DNA of 58,322 nucleotides, taken from positions 1-58,322 of the forward strand of contig CAMCQY010000006.1 in the NCBI GenBank assembly GCA_945877135.1. The letters run 5' to 3'. Below, one piece after another: positions 29,389 to 39,593 of the stretch. Each line of letters starts with the position of its first letter. Position 1 is the first letter of the stretch. This DNA is from Candidatus Kuenenia stuttgartensis. GTDB taxonomy: Bacteria > Planctomycetota > Planctomycetia > Pirellulales > UBA1268. The position numbers and the translations under genes were made by a program. The notes under the pieces were generated by a model. That model was not told where the DNA came from and did no database searches. It was given only the letters and a program-made list of their open reading frames with translations.

Positions 29389-30137
29389 GCGGTCTCTCTG
29401 GCCTGGTCGGGCCGGGATTGGTCGGGCCTGGACGACTCGAGCCAGATGTCATCGAAGATCTTGTCCTGCCGCGTGCGCAGTCTGCCGCGGCGCACCAGTT
29501 CCAGCACTGCCAGAAAGATACCCACGATTCGCGTTCGCGGCATGTCTGCGTCGAAGAGTTCCGTGAAAGAGACCCGTCCCTGTTTCGCCACGAGCGTTTC
29601 AACCCGTTCGATGTGCACTTCGATCGGCGTGTCGTCCTGAACGATCTGGCGCGGCCGCCGTTTCTCCCGCTTTCGCATGACCCTCGCCAGTGCCCCGACG
29701 AGGTCCCAGACGTGGACGTCGCCGATCGTGACCTCGGCCGGCCCGCTCCGCGGTCCGGTGTCGTCGGCAGCCACGCGGGAAAATCGCAGTTCCCATTCCC
29801 GGGCCCTGTCTTCAAGCAGGATGGCCGCATCGCGGTATTGCTTGTATTCGAGCAACCGGCTGACCAACTCTTCGCGAACCGGTTCGACCGGATCTTCGGT
29901 CTCCTCGGGCCGCGGCACCAGTTCCCGCGCCTTGATCTCCAGGAGCAGGCTGGCCAGATCGACAAACTCGCCCACTTGGTCGATGGCAAGATCCTCGAGC
30001 ACGTCGAGGTAGGCGACGAACTCCTCGGCGATCTTCGCGATCGGCACCTGCGTGATGTCTACCTCGTGCCGCTTGACGAGGTAGAGCAGCAGGTCCATGG
30101 GGCCGGCGAATACATCGAGGGCGATCTTGAATTCCAA
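29385..30137 (-). CDS. scpA: Segregation and condensation protein A
   Basis: [31 protein letters not shown] and FLAVLEL. Confidence 0.93.
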   Translation of the reverse strand: MEFKIALDVFAGPMDLLLYLVKRHEVDITQVPIAKIAEEFVAYLDVLEDLAIDQVGEFVDLASLLLEIKARELVPRPEETEDPVEPVREELVSRLLEYKQYRDAAILLEDRAREWELRFSRVAADDTGPRSGPAEVTIGDVHVWDLVGALARVMRKREKRRPRQIVQDDTPIEVHIERVETLVAKQGRVSFTELFDADMPRTRIVGIFLAVLELVRRGRLRTRQDKIFDDIWLESSRPDQSRPDQARETA

Positions 30138-30430
30138 GCGGTGGCCTCACGCCGTGTCGGGGGTGGCCAGGTCCTCTTTTTCGGCCGAACCCCTGCAGTG
30201 TGGAGGGAAATTCGGAGTCTGACAACACGATTCCGCCCCCCCTTGCTGCCCCATTCCCCGGCTGATACCATCCGGGACTCCGAAACACGGCGTTTTTCGC
30301 CGTCCAGAGGCACACGACACGGTGCAACGATCCAACCGGATCTGTTGCGAAATTGGCACAAGTCAGTTGGCACGCGTCGTCGGATTCTGGTCGACGGATC
30401 CAGACGATATATCAACGAGACGGAATCACG

Positions 30431-30880
30431 ATGAAGACGTTCATGGCAAAGGTTGGTGAGGTGGAGCAGCGGTGGTGGCTGGTCGATGCCAGCGACAAGG
30501 TGGTCGGACGCCTGTCCAGCGACATCGCGACGGTGCTGATGGGCAAGCATCGCCCGACCTACACGCCCCACGTCGATACTGGCGACTACGTCGTGGTCAT
30601 CAACGCCGAAAAAGTGCAGTTCACCGGCAACAAGTGGCAGCAGAAACTGTACCGCTGGTACACCGGTTACCAAGGGCTGAAGACCGAAACGGCCGAGCAC
30701 CGGCGGGATCGGCGGCCTGAGTTGATCGTCGAGGAGGCCGTGCGAAGGATGCTTCCGAAGTCACGTCTGGGCAGGGTCATGCTCGACAAACTGAAGGTGT
30801 ATGCCGGTTCTGAGCACCCCCATCAGGCCCAAAACCCTCAGGTGATGAAACTCGGAAACCGAGACATCGGGGTGGCCTAG
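30431..30880 (+). CDS. rplM: 50S ribosomal protein L13
   Basis: MKTFMAK...LMGKHRPTYTPHVDTGDYVVVINAEKV...HPHQAQNP. Confidence 0.97.
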   Translation: MKTFMAKVGEVEQRWWLVDASDKVVGRLSSDIATVLMGKHRPTYTPHVDTGDYVVVINAEKVQFTGNKWQQKLYRWYTGYQGLKTETAEHRRDRRPELIVEEAVRRMLPKSRLGRVMLDKLKVYAGSEHPHQAQNPQVMKLGNRDIGVA

Positions 30881-30992
30881 GTCAGTTCTTCCGCCAGATC
30901 ACGAAAAGCACGGCCGGAGCTTTCCGGCATAAAACTCAAAACCCGTCCAAACCAGCGCAGGCAGTAGCAGCGCAGACATTGAACTGAGGAAC

Positions 30993-31415
30993 ATGATGGC
31001 CGTCGAAACAAGCAAGAAGAGTGGATCCGACACCCACGTCATCGCCACCGGACGCCGGAAAACGGCTGTGGCTCGCGTGCGTCTGCGTGCCGGATCTGGA
31101 GCCATCACGGTGAACGGCCGGGCCATCGATGCGTATTTTCCCGCGATCAAGGATCGCGTGCTGGTCTCTGGAGCCCTCGAGCAGTTGGGCAAGGCGTCCT
31201 CCGTGAACGTTGACATCACGGTCAATGGCGGCGGTCCGACCGGCCAGGCCGGAGCCTGCCGGCTGGGCATCGCCCGGGCACTCAAGACCTTCGACACAGA
31301 ACTCGAAGAGGCGCTTCGCCACAGCGGGATGCTCACCCGCGACGGCCGTATGAAGGAACGGAAGAAGTACGGACTCCGCGGTGCACGTCGCGGCACGCAG
31401 TTCTCCAAGCGGTAG
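30993..31415 (+). CDS. rpsI: 30S ribosomal protein S9
   Basis: ATGRRKTAVARV...LTRDGRMKERKKYG...QFSKR; GAGGA RBS. Confidence 0.97.
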   Translation: MMAVETSKKSGSDTHVIATGRRKTAVARVRLRAGSGAITVNGRAIDAYFPAIKDRVLVSGALEQLGKASSVNVDITVNGGGPTGQAGACRLGIARALKTFDTELEEALRHSGMLTRDGRMKERKKYGLRGARRGTQFSKR

Positions 31416-31624
31416 TTTCCCGGGCTTTTGTCTGGCAATCGGTACGACCGGCACGACCGTGTCGCTGGGAAATGGCTAGGGCTGCCCGGCGATTTCTCCC
31501 GCCCGAAACCGCAGGGCATACTGGTGGAGTGGTTCGTGCCGGGTGGGCTCCGCCTCTGGGGCCAGTCCGGTCGTGGACCAAGAGCCCCTGGCCCATTTCC
31601 TTCCTCCGGTCGCATGAGGCAGTC

Positions 31625-32467
31625 ATGTCGCGCGTCGCCAGTATCCTGTTCGGCGGGTTCCTCGCCTGTGGTCTGATCGTGTTCGCCAACGTCCAGGCCT
31701 GTGCGGCCGATTCGGCCAGTGCCACATCGGCATCTGCTTCCCCGTCGGGCGTCCCCGATCTTTTCGAGGCAGAGGAGCGGCAACTCGTCAGCGTCAAGTA
31801 CATCCCAAACAATGCGAAATCTGCCCAGATCATCGTGACGAATCGCACCCGTCGGCCGTTGACGTTGCGGCTGCCGGTCGCCTTCGCCGGCGTTCCTGTG
31901 TTGGCCCAAATGGGCGGCATGGGCGGCATGGGCGGCGGAAACCAGGGCGGCTTTGCAGCCGGCGGCATCGGCGGCGGGCCGCAAACAACCGGCGGCGGCG
32001 GCATGGGCGGGCAGGGCATGAACGGCATGGGCGGCGGCGGCATGGGCATGGGTGGCGGCGGTGCCTTCTCCATTCCTCCCGAGCGGTCGCGGACGTTCCG
32101 AGTGCCCACGGTCTGCCTCGAATACGGGAAGCGTGAGCCGTCGAGCCGGATGCCCTACAAGCTCGCCCGGACCGAGACCGTTTCCAGCGACCCGAAACTC
32201 GCCGTCGTGCTCGAGAGCTTGGGCCGCGGTGAACTTCCGCAGAAGGTGGCTCAGGCCGCAGCCTGGCACATCGCCAACGGACTCACCTGGGAGAAGTTGG
32301 CGGCCGAGAAAATCGATCATGCCGGCGGCATCCCCGACGAGCCCTATTTCTCTCAGGCGGAACTCGTCGCCGCCCATCGCGTGGTGGCCGTGGCAACAGA
32401 GCAGGCCCAGCGTCGGCAGCCCGCCGGCCCGAGCGAAGCGACCTCAAAGAACTCGCTGGCTCAGTAG
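31625..32467 (+). CDS. Secreted hypothetical protein with a Gly/Met-rich loop and thioester-domain-like motifs
   Basis: Signal peptide [11 protein letters not shown]...QACA; GGMGG tract; [10 protein letters not shown] and AQAAAWH. Confidence 0.75.
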   Translation: MSRVASILFGGFLACGLIVFANVQACAADSASATSASASPSGVPDLFEAEERQLVSVKYIPNNAKSAQIIVTNRTRRPLTLRLPVAFAGVPVLAQMGGMGGMGGGNQGGFAAGGIGGGPQTTGGGGMGGQGMNGMGGGGMGMGGGGAFSIPPERSRTFRVPTVCLEYGKREPSSRMPYKLARTETVSSDPKLAVVLESLGRGELPQKVAQAAAWHIANGLTWEKLAAEKIDHAGGIPDEPYFSQAELVAAHRVVAVATEQAQRRQPAGPSEATSKNSLAQ

Positions 32468-33525
32468 TCGCCCGCGACGACTTCGCCGCCAGCCCGCGTC
32501 GACAACGCCTTCCAGAGGCCGGCGTCGATGCCGTTGGTCACGGTCCGCACGCTGCCGTCCATAAAGGCGGACGAGACAACCCCCGCATGATGGCTGCGGG
32601 AGGTGACCGCGGCATAGGTGGCGGTAGAACTAAGCCCTTCTCTGCTGCTGCATATATCGACGTCGTATTGACGACCATCAGAGTGCGTGTAGGGCACGAC
32701 CGTGTTGGGCGGGAACGTGGTCGTGAAGCCGTTGTGCACCGTACGGCCACAGACCCATTCAGTGTGGCCGCTGTCGATCGAAAAGCTGCCGGATGGCACG
32801 AGAGCCGCAGCATCGGCGGCAGAGGCGGGCGGTGTCGCCGTCAGCCCGGAAATATCCTGGGATCTGGGGGTGAACCCCTTCACCTCCGACATCGCCAGCG
32901 TCTTGCTCAGCCCATCGGAAAAACCATTCGGTCGCAGCTTCGTGAACGGTGCAAAGGCGGCGCCGCCGTCAGTGCTTGTCGCGGGGTCCCACACCTTGAA
33001 GACGCCTGTGCAGAGGCCGTAGGAAAGTGGATAGTGTTGGGCAACGCCGCTTCCGTCCAGTCGCGGTCTGATGTTGGGATCGCTCGCGCACACCAGCAGA
33101 TCGATTCGCAACGGTGCCACACCGTACTGAGCCATTCCAGGAATGCTGGTGTTGGCGGGATCGCCGTATGGCTTTGTAAAGTCGATCTTTTTGAACAAGG
33201 TGTCGCCTTCGACGTAAGGCAGGATCAGCGACTGTCCAGACCACGGGGCGTTTCCAGCCGTGGCAACCGCCTGCCCGGAGGGCGGAAAATAGTTCTTGGC
33301 ACTTTCGTGGTTGTGCAACGCAATGCCGAGTTGCCGCAGGTTGTTCTGGCACGACGATCTCCGGGCAGCTTCCCGGGCCTGTTGCACGGCGGGTAGCAGC
33401 AGGCCGACGAGCGTGCCGATGACCGCGATTACGACCAGCAGTTCAACCAGGGTGAAGCCGAGACGGGGTGTTCGGAAGGGATGCGGGGCATCGCGGCTGA
33501 TGTGATCGAAAGGGCAGGACTTCAC
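32461..33525 (-). CDS. DUF1559 protein (prepilin-type N-terminus, H-X9-DG C-terminus)
   Basis: [41 protein letters not shown]; SDGLSKT; [12 protein letters not shown]. Confidence 0.92.
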   Translation of the reverse strand: MKSCPFDHISRDAPHPFRTPRLGFTLVELLVVIAVIGTLVGLLLPAVQQAREAARRSSCQNNLRQLGIALHNHESAKNYFPPSGQAVATAGNAPWSGQSLILPYVEGDTLFKKIDFTKPYGDPANTSIPGMAQYGVAPLRIDLLVCASDPNIRPRLDGSGVAQHYPLSYGLCTGVFKVWDPATSTDGGAAFAPFTKLRPNGFSDGLSKTLAMSEVKGFTPRSQDISGLTATPPASAADAAALVPSGSFSIDSGHTEWVCGRTVHNGFTTTFPPNTVVPYTHSDGRQYDVDICSSREGLSSTATYAAVTSRSHHAGVVSSAFMDGSVRTVTNGIDAGLWKALSTRAGGEVVAGDY

Positions 33526-33612
33526 GGCGAAGAGACTCCGAAAATCGAGGACGACTTTCGCATCAAGGCCTGCTGGCGAGGCCTTTTAAACACAAATAGC
33601 CGAGCGATCACG

Positions 33613-33634
33613 AAAATGAGACTCATTCTCAATT
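33613..33634. promoter_or_regulatory. Fur-family (Fur/Zur/PerR)-like operator
   Basis: AAAATGAGACTCATTCTCAATT is AT-rich and contains the perfect palindrome AATGAG-A-CTCATT plus an overlapping TGAGA...TCTCA; it lies in a divergent intergenic region. Confidence 0.65.
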
Positions 33635-33883
33635 GGCGTCCTCGTATTCTAGGCACTCCTGTCGGAGTGTCAACCGACTGCACTGCGTTCGGCCTTGGCG
33701 ACCCGACTCTCGAGGGCCCCGGTCTATGCCAGCTGCTACGCGGGCCCGTGGCTCCGCCACGAGTTGCGCCTACCCCCTACACTGTTTTTCCAGAGTCGGT
33801 ACAACCAGAGGTCGTAGGGTCCGGGGTAGCTGGGAATCGTTTTTCTTCAGATACGCAGTTGGAGCAAGGAGCCAGTCCAAGTC

Positions 33884-34840
33884 ATGCACGCAGTCACGGC
33901 ATCAGCCGCACCATCGGCACATCGCGGCGAGAGCGACGTCATCGTCGAGGCGAGGAATCTCTCCAAGACCTATCGCGATTTCTGGGGACGCAGCAAGAAA
34001 GTAGCCCTCAAGCCGCTCGATCTCGAGATTCGGCGGGGTGAGATCTTCGGCCTGCTCGGCCCCAACGGCTCGGGCAAGACCACGACCATCAAGCTGCTGC
34101 TCGGCCTCGTGTTTCCGAGTTCGGGTGAGGCGCTCGTCTTCGGTCGCGATGCCACCGACGTGTCGAAGAACGAACGCATCGGCTATCTCCCCGAGGAGTC
34201 GTATCTCTACAAGTTTCTCGATGCCGAGGAGACGCTTGACTTCTACGGACGGCTCTTTGACATGCCGCCAGAAGAACGAAAGAAGCGGGCCGACGCACTC
34301 ATCGAGATGGTCGGTCTGGGCCGCGACAAGAAGCGGCAACTCCGCGAGTATTCGAAGGGCATGACCCGCCGCATCGGCGTGGCTCAGGCGCTCATCAACG
34401 ATCCCGAACTCGTGGTTCTCGACGAGCCCACCAGCGGCCTCGACCCAATCGGCACCCGCGAGATGAAAGACCTCATCATCGACCTCAAGCAGCGGGGCAA
34501 GACGGTGATCCTCTGCTCGCATCTGCTGGCCGACGTGGAGGACGTCTGCGATCGGATTGCGGTGTTGCATCAGGGCGAACTCAAGGAACTTGGCCGCGTC
34601 GAAGACCTGCTGCGGGTGACCGACGTCACGCAGATCCGTGCCCAGGGCCTCTCGCCGGAGGCCCGGGAGGAGATTCGCGCGGTGCTCGCACGGCACGGCC
34701 GGACGGACGTGGAAATTGGTAATCCGCGAACGACGCTGGAAGACCTGTTCCTCGATGTGGTTCGCGACACGCAGGCCCGTCCGGGTCGCCGCGCCCGGCA
34801 GTCCGCTGCCGATGCGCCCAGCAACAGAAGGGTTGAGTAA
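33884..34840 (+). CDS. ABC transporter ATP-binding protein (ABC-2/exporter type)
   Basis: [22 protein letters not shown] and SHLL. Confidence 0.95.
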   Translation: MHAVTASAAPSAHRGESDVIVEARNLSKTYRDFWGRSKKVALKPLDLEIRRGEIFGLLGPNGSGKTTTIKLLLGLVFPSSGEALVFGRDATDVSKNERIGYLPEESYLYKFLDAEETLDFYGRLFDMPPEERKKRADALIEMVGLGRDKKRQLREYSKGMTRRIGVAQALINDPELVVLDEPTSGLDPIGTREMKDLIIDLKQRGKTVILCSHLLADVEDVCDRIAVLHQGELKELGRVEDLLRVTDVTQIRAQGLSPEAREEIRAVLARHGRTDVEIGNPRTTLEDLFLDVVRDTQARPGRRARQSAADAPSNRRVE

Positions 34841-34845
34841 CAGCA

Positions 34846-36660
34846 ATGGTATTGGAAGAGGAAATCCCGAAGTTCGCGGAATGGTTCGGTCCGGCGCTGT
34901 TGTGGTACGTGTTTGCCGCCAGTCTGGTGGCGGTTTTCGCCGCGGCCCTCGCGTGGTTGACGCAATCGGTGCTGTATGGGCCGCTGGCAGCAGGTGACCG
35001 TGTCTACCGTGGTGTGCTGACGGGCCTGGCCGACCTGGCGGGCATGTCGCCCCGGCGGATCTGGGCGCTGGCGAGGCTGGCCATTCAGGAGTCGCTGCGT
35101 CGCAACGTGCTCGTCGCGCTCGCGTTGTTTCTACTCATCGTGTTGTTTGCTGGATGGTTCCTCGATCCCAAGAGCGTCAACCCGGGCAAGCTCTATCTCG
35201 GTTTCATTCTTGGGGCCACGAACCTGTTGGTCTGCCTGGTGACGCTCGTGCTCTCTGTCTTCAGCCTCCCGGCCGATATCAAGGCCAAGGCGATTCAGAC
35301 CGTCACCACCAAACCCGTCCGCACCGGTGAGATCGTGCTGGGACGCATCCTCGGCTTTTCAATCGTCGGGGCGGTGCTGCTGGCGATGATGGCGCTGATT
35401 GGTTGGGCGTTTGTCGTGCGGAGCGTGAGCCATGGCCACGCCATTGCCGTCGAGGACGTGGTCGAACTCAAAGACGTGGGCGGGACCGTCACCGGGTTTG
35501 AGGGACGGACAAGCCTCGATCGCGGTCATCGACACCGGGTCGAGCTCGATGCCGCCGGCAACGGCTGGACCGACAATGTGCAGGGGCATCGTCATGCCGT
35601 GCGGCGTTCTGGCAACGGATACACCCTCGGGGCCGCCGAGGGGATGCTCGAAGCCCGGCGTCCATTGCGGGGCACCTTGCGGTTTCTCGATCGCGAGGGC
35701 CGGCCCAGCACGAAGGGGATCAGCGTCGGCTCGGAGTGGACCTATCGGCAATACATCGAGGGCGGCAGTCTCGCCGCGGCGATCTGGAAATTCGAGGGAA
35801 TCTCGGACCGCGAGTATCCAAACGGCCTGCCGCTCGAGATGACCGTACGGGTGTTTCGCACCTATAAGGGGACGATCGAGAAGGGGATCAAGGGCAGCGT
35901 GCGGGTCCGCAATCCCGCCAGTGGCCAACAGAGCGATCCGTTCTACTTTACCGCCCGGGAATTCACGATCGACTCGCTGCTCATTCCACGGAAGCTGGCC
36001 TCCACGTCCACCGACGGCGGCACCCGGCAGATTGACCTGTTTCAGGACATCGTCGCCGACGGCCGTGTCGAGGTGATTCTGCAGTGCTTGGAGCCGGCGC
36101 AGTATTACGGTATCGCACAGGCCGACTTTTACATGCGGGCTGGTGACGGCTCGTTTGCCCTCAACTACGCCAAGAGCTGCCTCGGAATTCTCTACTCGAT
36201 GCTGTTGGTGACGGCGATGGGCGTGATGTTCAGCACATTTCTGGGTGGGCCGCTGGCCCTATTCGCCACATTGGCCGTGGTGCTTGTCGGCCAGTTCCGG
36301 GAGTTCATCCAACGGCTGTTTGAGAGCCAGGTGACGGGCGATTCGACGATCGCTCCCGGCGGCGGTCCGATCGAATCCCTCTACCGGATCGTGACGCAGG
36401 AAAGCATCACGGTCGAACTTGTGCCGTCGCCCGCCGTACAGATCATGAAGACGGTCGATACGTTCCTCCTGGCACCGATGCAGTTGCTGGCGGGAATCTT
36501 CCCGTCACTCAGTTCTCTCGGCACGAGTGATTTCGTGGCGGGCGGGTTCGATATTCCCTTCGATCTGGTGGCAGAGCACGGCATGGAAACACTCGGGTAT
36601 CTGCTGGCGTTCTTCATCGCCGGCGCCTTCTGTCTCAGGGCTCGCGAGGTGGCATCATGA
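34846..36660 (+). CDS. ABC-2-type permease with a large periplasmic insert containing HxH repeats
   Basis: Multiple TM helices; SLPADIKAKAIQTVTTKPVRTGEIVLGR; HGH, GHRH, GHRH; C-terminal REVA. Confidence 0.85.
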   Translation: MVLEEEIPKFAEWFGPALLWYVFAASLVAVFAAALAWLTQSVLYGPLAAGDRVYRGVLTGLADLAGMSPRRIWALARLAIQESLRRNVLVALALFLLIVLFAGWFLDPKSVNPGKLYLGFILGATNLLVCLVTLVLSVFSLPADIKAKAIQTVTTKPVRTGEIVLGRILGFSIVGAVLLAMMALIGWAFVVRSVSHGHAIAVEDVVELKDVGGTVTGFEGRTSLDRGHRHRVELDAAGNGWTDNVQGHRHAVRRSGNGYTLGAAEGMLEARRPLRGTLRFLDREGRPSTKGISVGSEWTYRQYIEGGSLAAAIWKFEGISDREYPNGLPLEMTVRVFRTYKGTIEKGIKGSVRVRNPASGQQSDPFYFTAREFTIDSLLIPRKLASTSTDGGTRQIDLFQDIVADGRVEVILQCLEPAQYYGIAQADFYMRAGDGSFALNYAKSCLGILYSMLLVTAMGVMFSTFLGGPLALFATLAVVLVGQFREFIQRLFESQVTGDSTIAPGGGPIESLYRIVTQESITVELVPSPAVQIMKTVDTFLLAPMQLLAGIFPSLSSLGTSDFVAGGFDIPFDLVAEHGMETLGYLLAFFIAGAFCLRAREVAS

Positions 36661-38216
36661 ACGAGGCTCTGTCTCCGCAGCACTCCTCCCGTGGCTCGGC
36701 AGGCGGCCAGCGCAAGCCCGCCGCTTTGTGGCTCGGATTGCGGCCCGGCACGCTTCTGGCCCTCGTCGGCATTGCCGTGCTCCTCGTGCCACTCTCGGCC
36801 CTGAGCCAGCCGGCAGACTCGGCGAGCAAGGGGGGGAAACTCGCCAAACTCCGCGAGCAGTTTGGTCTGTCGCAGGCGAATCTCGGTGAGGTCGATCCAA
36901 CCAGCGAGGCGATGCGTCTGGCCACGCTGGGCCTCAAGAACGTCGCCGTGACGCTCCTGTGGGATCGGGCCAATCACTACAAGAAGGTGGAGGACTGGAC
37001 GAACCTGTCAGCCGTGCTCGAGCAAATGACCAAGCTGCAGCCGAACTTCTATTCCGTCTGGGATTTCCAGGCCCACAACCTCTCTTACAACATCTCGGTC
37101 GAGTTCGATGACTACCACGACCGCTATGCCTGGGTGATGAAGGGCATCGAGTTTCTCCGGCAGGGTATCTCGTACAACCTGCGGGAGCCCCGCCTGCTGG
37201 GACGCATGGGCTGGTTCATCGGCCAGAAGGTGGGCAGGGCGGACGAAAAGAAGCAGTTCCGCCGACTGTTCAAGGCGGATGAGGATTTCCACGAACGTGA
37301 CCGACCGGGCCGCACGCTGCCAGAACGCGACAACTGGCTGGTGGCCCGCGAGAAGTACCGGGCAGGACAGCAGATCGTCGATGCCGGGGCGCCTCTCAAG
37401 ACCACGGCTCTCATCTATCACAGCGAGCCGATGATGACGGCTGTGAATTACGCCAAGGCGCTCGAGGAGGACGGCACCTTTGGCGTTGCCGCCCGCGACG
37501 GCTGGAAACTGGCGGGCGACGAGATGCGACGTTTCTCGGTTCGCGAGATTCCCACGACCTGGGATGTGCCGATCCGGCTTGGCATGCGCGAGGCCGAGTT
37601 GGCCCGCGCCGACCGCGTGGCGGACGAGTTGGAGAAACTGCTCCCGGGGCAATTCAAGGCGTTGGAAGAGGCGAAGCGGAACAGCATCACGCCGGAGCAG
37701 AAAGCGGCGATCGACGTGCCGCCCATGGAACGGACCGATGACCAGACGGCCGCTGCCCAGACGGCGATGCAAAATATGCGGGTGGATTGGCCGCAGGTAG
37801 TCGCTGAGGCGCCGGCCGACGTGCGCCTGCGTGCCAAGGAACTGCTCCGGCAGTGGAACGAGGCCAAGGAAACGGCCGAGATCATCGACCGCTACCGTGA
37901 CATTGTAAACTTCGACGTCTGGCGTGCGACCTGCGAGGCCGAGGTCACCGAGTCGGCCATCAAGGCGAGGGAAGCCACTTGGCGGGCTGACAGAGACTTC
38001 GAGAACGCGCGGCTGCAACCCGCGAAGCAGGCCTACGACGAAGCCTTTGCAGCCTGGAAGGAGGTGCTCGATGGTTCCCCCGTGCTGCGAGCAGATTCGA
38101 TCACTGCCGACGACCTCCGCGAAATCGTTGACCGCTATCGCAAAGTCCTCGAACAACTCGATGAACCGTTCCCGAAGCCGTTCATTCTCGGAGACATTCT
38201 GAAATTGAATGACTAG
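36657..38216 (+). CDS. Membrane-anchored alpha-helical (TPR-like) hypothetical protein, third gene of the ABC operon
   Basis: ATGA overlap with the permease; single N-terminal TM; helical body (LQPNFYSVWDFQAHNLSYN...GIEFLRQG). Confidence 0.8.
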   Translation: MNEALSPQHSSRGSAGGQRKPAALWLGLRPGTLLALVGIAVLLVPLSALSQPADSASKGGKLAKLREQFGLSQANLGEVDPTSEAMRLATLGLKNVAVTLLWDRANHYKKVEDWTNLSAVLEQMTKLQPNFYSVWDFQAHNLSYNISVEFDDYHDRYAWVMKGIEFLRQGISYNLREPRLLGRMGWFIGQKVGRADEKKQFRRLFKADEDFHERDRPGRTLPERDNWLVAREKYRAGQQIVDAGAPLKTTALIYHSEPMMTAVNYAKALEEDGTFGVAARDGWKLAGDEMRRFSVREIPTTWDVPIRLGMREAELARADRVADELEKLLPGQFKALEEAKRNSITPEQKAAIDVPPMERTDDQTAAAQTAMQNMRVDWPQVVAEAPADVRLRAKELLRQWNEAKETAEIIDRYRDIVNFDVWRATCEAEVTESAIKAREATWRADRDFENARLQPAKQAYDEAFAAWKEVLDGSPVLRADSITADDLREIVDRYRKVLEQLDEPFPKPFILGDILKLND

Positions 38217-38283
38217 AGGGCGAAAGCATCTGCGGGTCGTTGACTCGTCGGTGCCTGATCCTGATCCGGTCAGGGGCCAACGT

Positions 38284-39570
38284 TCAGCCTGAACGCACGA
38301 GCAGTTTGTCGATCCGACGGCCGTCCATGTCAACCACTTCGATCAGCAGGCCGTGCCACCGCAGCGTGTCGCCTGTCGCCGGAATCCGCTCGAGTTCGGC
38401 GAGCACGATCCCAGATACGGTCGAGTAGTCGCGAGGCACGGCGTCGAGTTTGATGCCAAGCTTTTCGGCGAGATCCTCGACGCCCGCGCCGCCGTCCACC
38501 AGCCAGGAGCCATCCTCCCGCTTGACAAACTGCGAGGCCTCGTGCCGATGCTCGTCATGAATCTCGCCGACCAGTTCTTCCAGGACATCTTCGAGCGTCA
38601 CGAGCCCCTCCGTGCCGCCGTATTCGTCGAGCACGATGGCGAGCTGGTTTTTTTCCTTCTGAAAGAGTTCGAGCAGCCGGTCGAGCGGCATCGTCTCAGG
38701 CACAAACAGGGCACGGTGCATGATCTTACGGAGTTCGATCGGCCAGCCCATCCAGTTCTGGCGGAGCACGTCCTTGAGCGACACGTAGCCGAGGATGTGG
38801 TCGAGCGACCCCTCGTAGACCGGCAGCCGCGAATAGCCGGCCATGGCGATCGCGCCGAGCACCTCGCCGGGGGGCGTTTCTATGTCGAGTGCGTCGAGGT
38901 CGATCCGCGGCCGCATGATGTCGCGGACCGTTCGTTCGCCAAGGCGGAGCGCCTCGGTCGCCACCGCCTGCTCCACGGCCTCGAGCACGCCCTCCGCGCG
39001 GCCCGCCTCGAGGAGGTGCTCGATGTCGTCCACTGACACGGTCGGGCCATCCTGCTTGTGGGCGCCGAGCAGGGCGAGCACTGCCGACGTGGACGCGCCC
39101 ATCATCCAGACGAGCGGCCTGGTGACCTGCGAGAAGATCTTCATGGCCGGGGCGGCCATGCGGGCGAAGTCCTCGGCGCGACGCAGCGCCAACCGCTTGG
39201 GCACCAGTTCGCCGAACAGCAGCGTGACGAACGACAGCAGCACCACGAACACCGTCAGGGCAATCGGACGGGCCATGGCATCGATGGCAGGCGGAGCGTG
39301 GGCCGTGATCCATTCGGCGAGTTTGCTCACCAGGCTGTCGCCGCCGTAGGCCGCGGCGAGCGTGCCGACCAGCGTGATCCCGATCTGGACGGTGGGCAGG
39401 AACTGGTCGGGGCTCGATGCCAGTTCGAGCGCCGTCTTCGCAGCCTTGTCGCCCGCGTCGGCCAGCTGGCGGAGGCGGCCCCGACGGCTGGCAACGATCG
39501 CCATCTCGGCCCCGGAGAAGAATCCGTTGGCGAGAATCAGGGCAAACACGAGGAGGATTTCCGGCAGCAT
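38284..39570 (-). CDS. Hemolysin family CNNM(DUF21)-CBS-CorC protein
   Basis: ANGFFSGAEMA, VQIGIT, GELVPK, SRLPVY and DEYGGTEGLVTLED. Confidence 0.93.
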   Translation of the reverse strand: MLPEILLVFALILANGFFSGAEMAIVASRRGRLRQLADAGDKAAKTALELASSPDQFLPTVQIGITLVGTLAAAYGGDSLVSKLAEWITAHAPPAIDAMARPIALTVFVVLLSFVTLLFGELVPKRLALRRAEDFARMAAPAMKIFSQVTRPLVWMMGASTSAVLALLGAHKQDGPTVSVDDIEHLLEAGRAEGVLEAVEQAVATEALRLGERTVRDIMRPRIDLDALDIETPPGEVLGAIAMAGYSRLPVYEGSLDHILGYVSLKDVLRQNWMGWPIELRKIMHRALFVPETMPLDRLLELFQKEKNQLAIVLDEYGGTEGLVTLEDVLEELVGEIHDEHRHEASQFVKREDGSWLVDGGAGVEDLAEKLGIKLDAVPRDYSTVSGIVLAELERIPATGDTLRWHGLLIEVVDMDGRRIDKLLVRSG

Positions 39571-39593
39571 GCGTGGATCCGATCGGGGTGGTA

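Noticed and set aside
38284-39570. Hemolysin toxin
   Set aside because: CNNM-CBS-CorC proteins are Mg2+/Co2+ homeostasis proteins; the name is historical.
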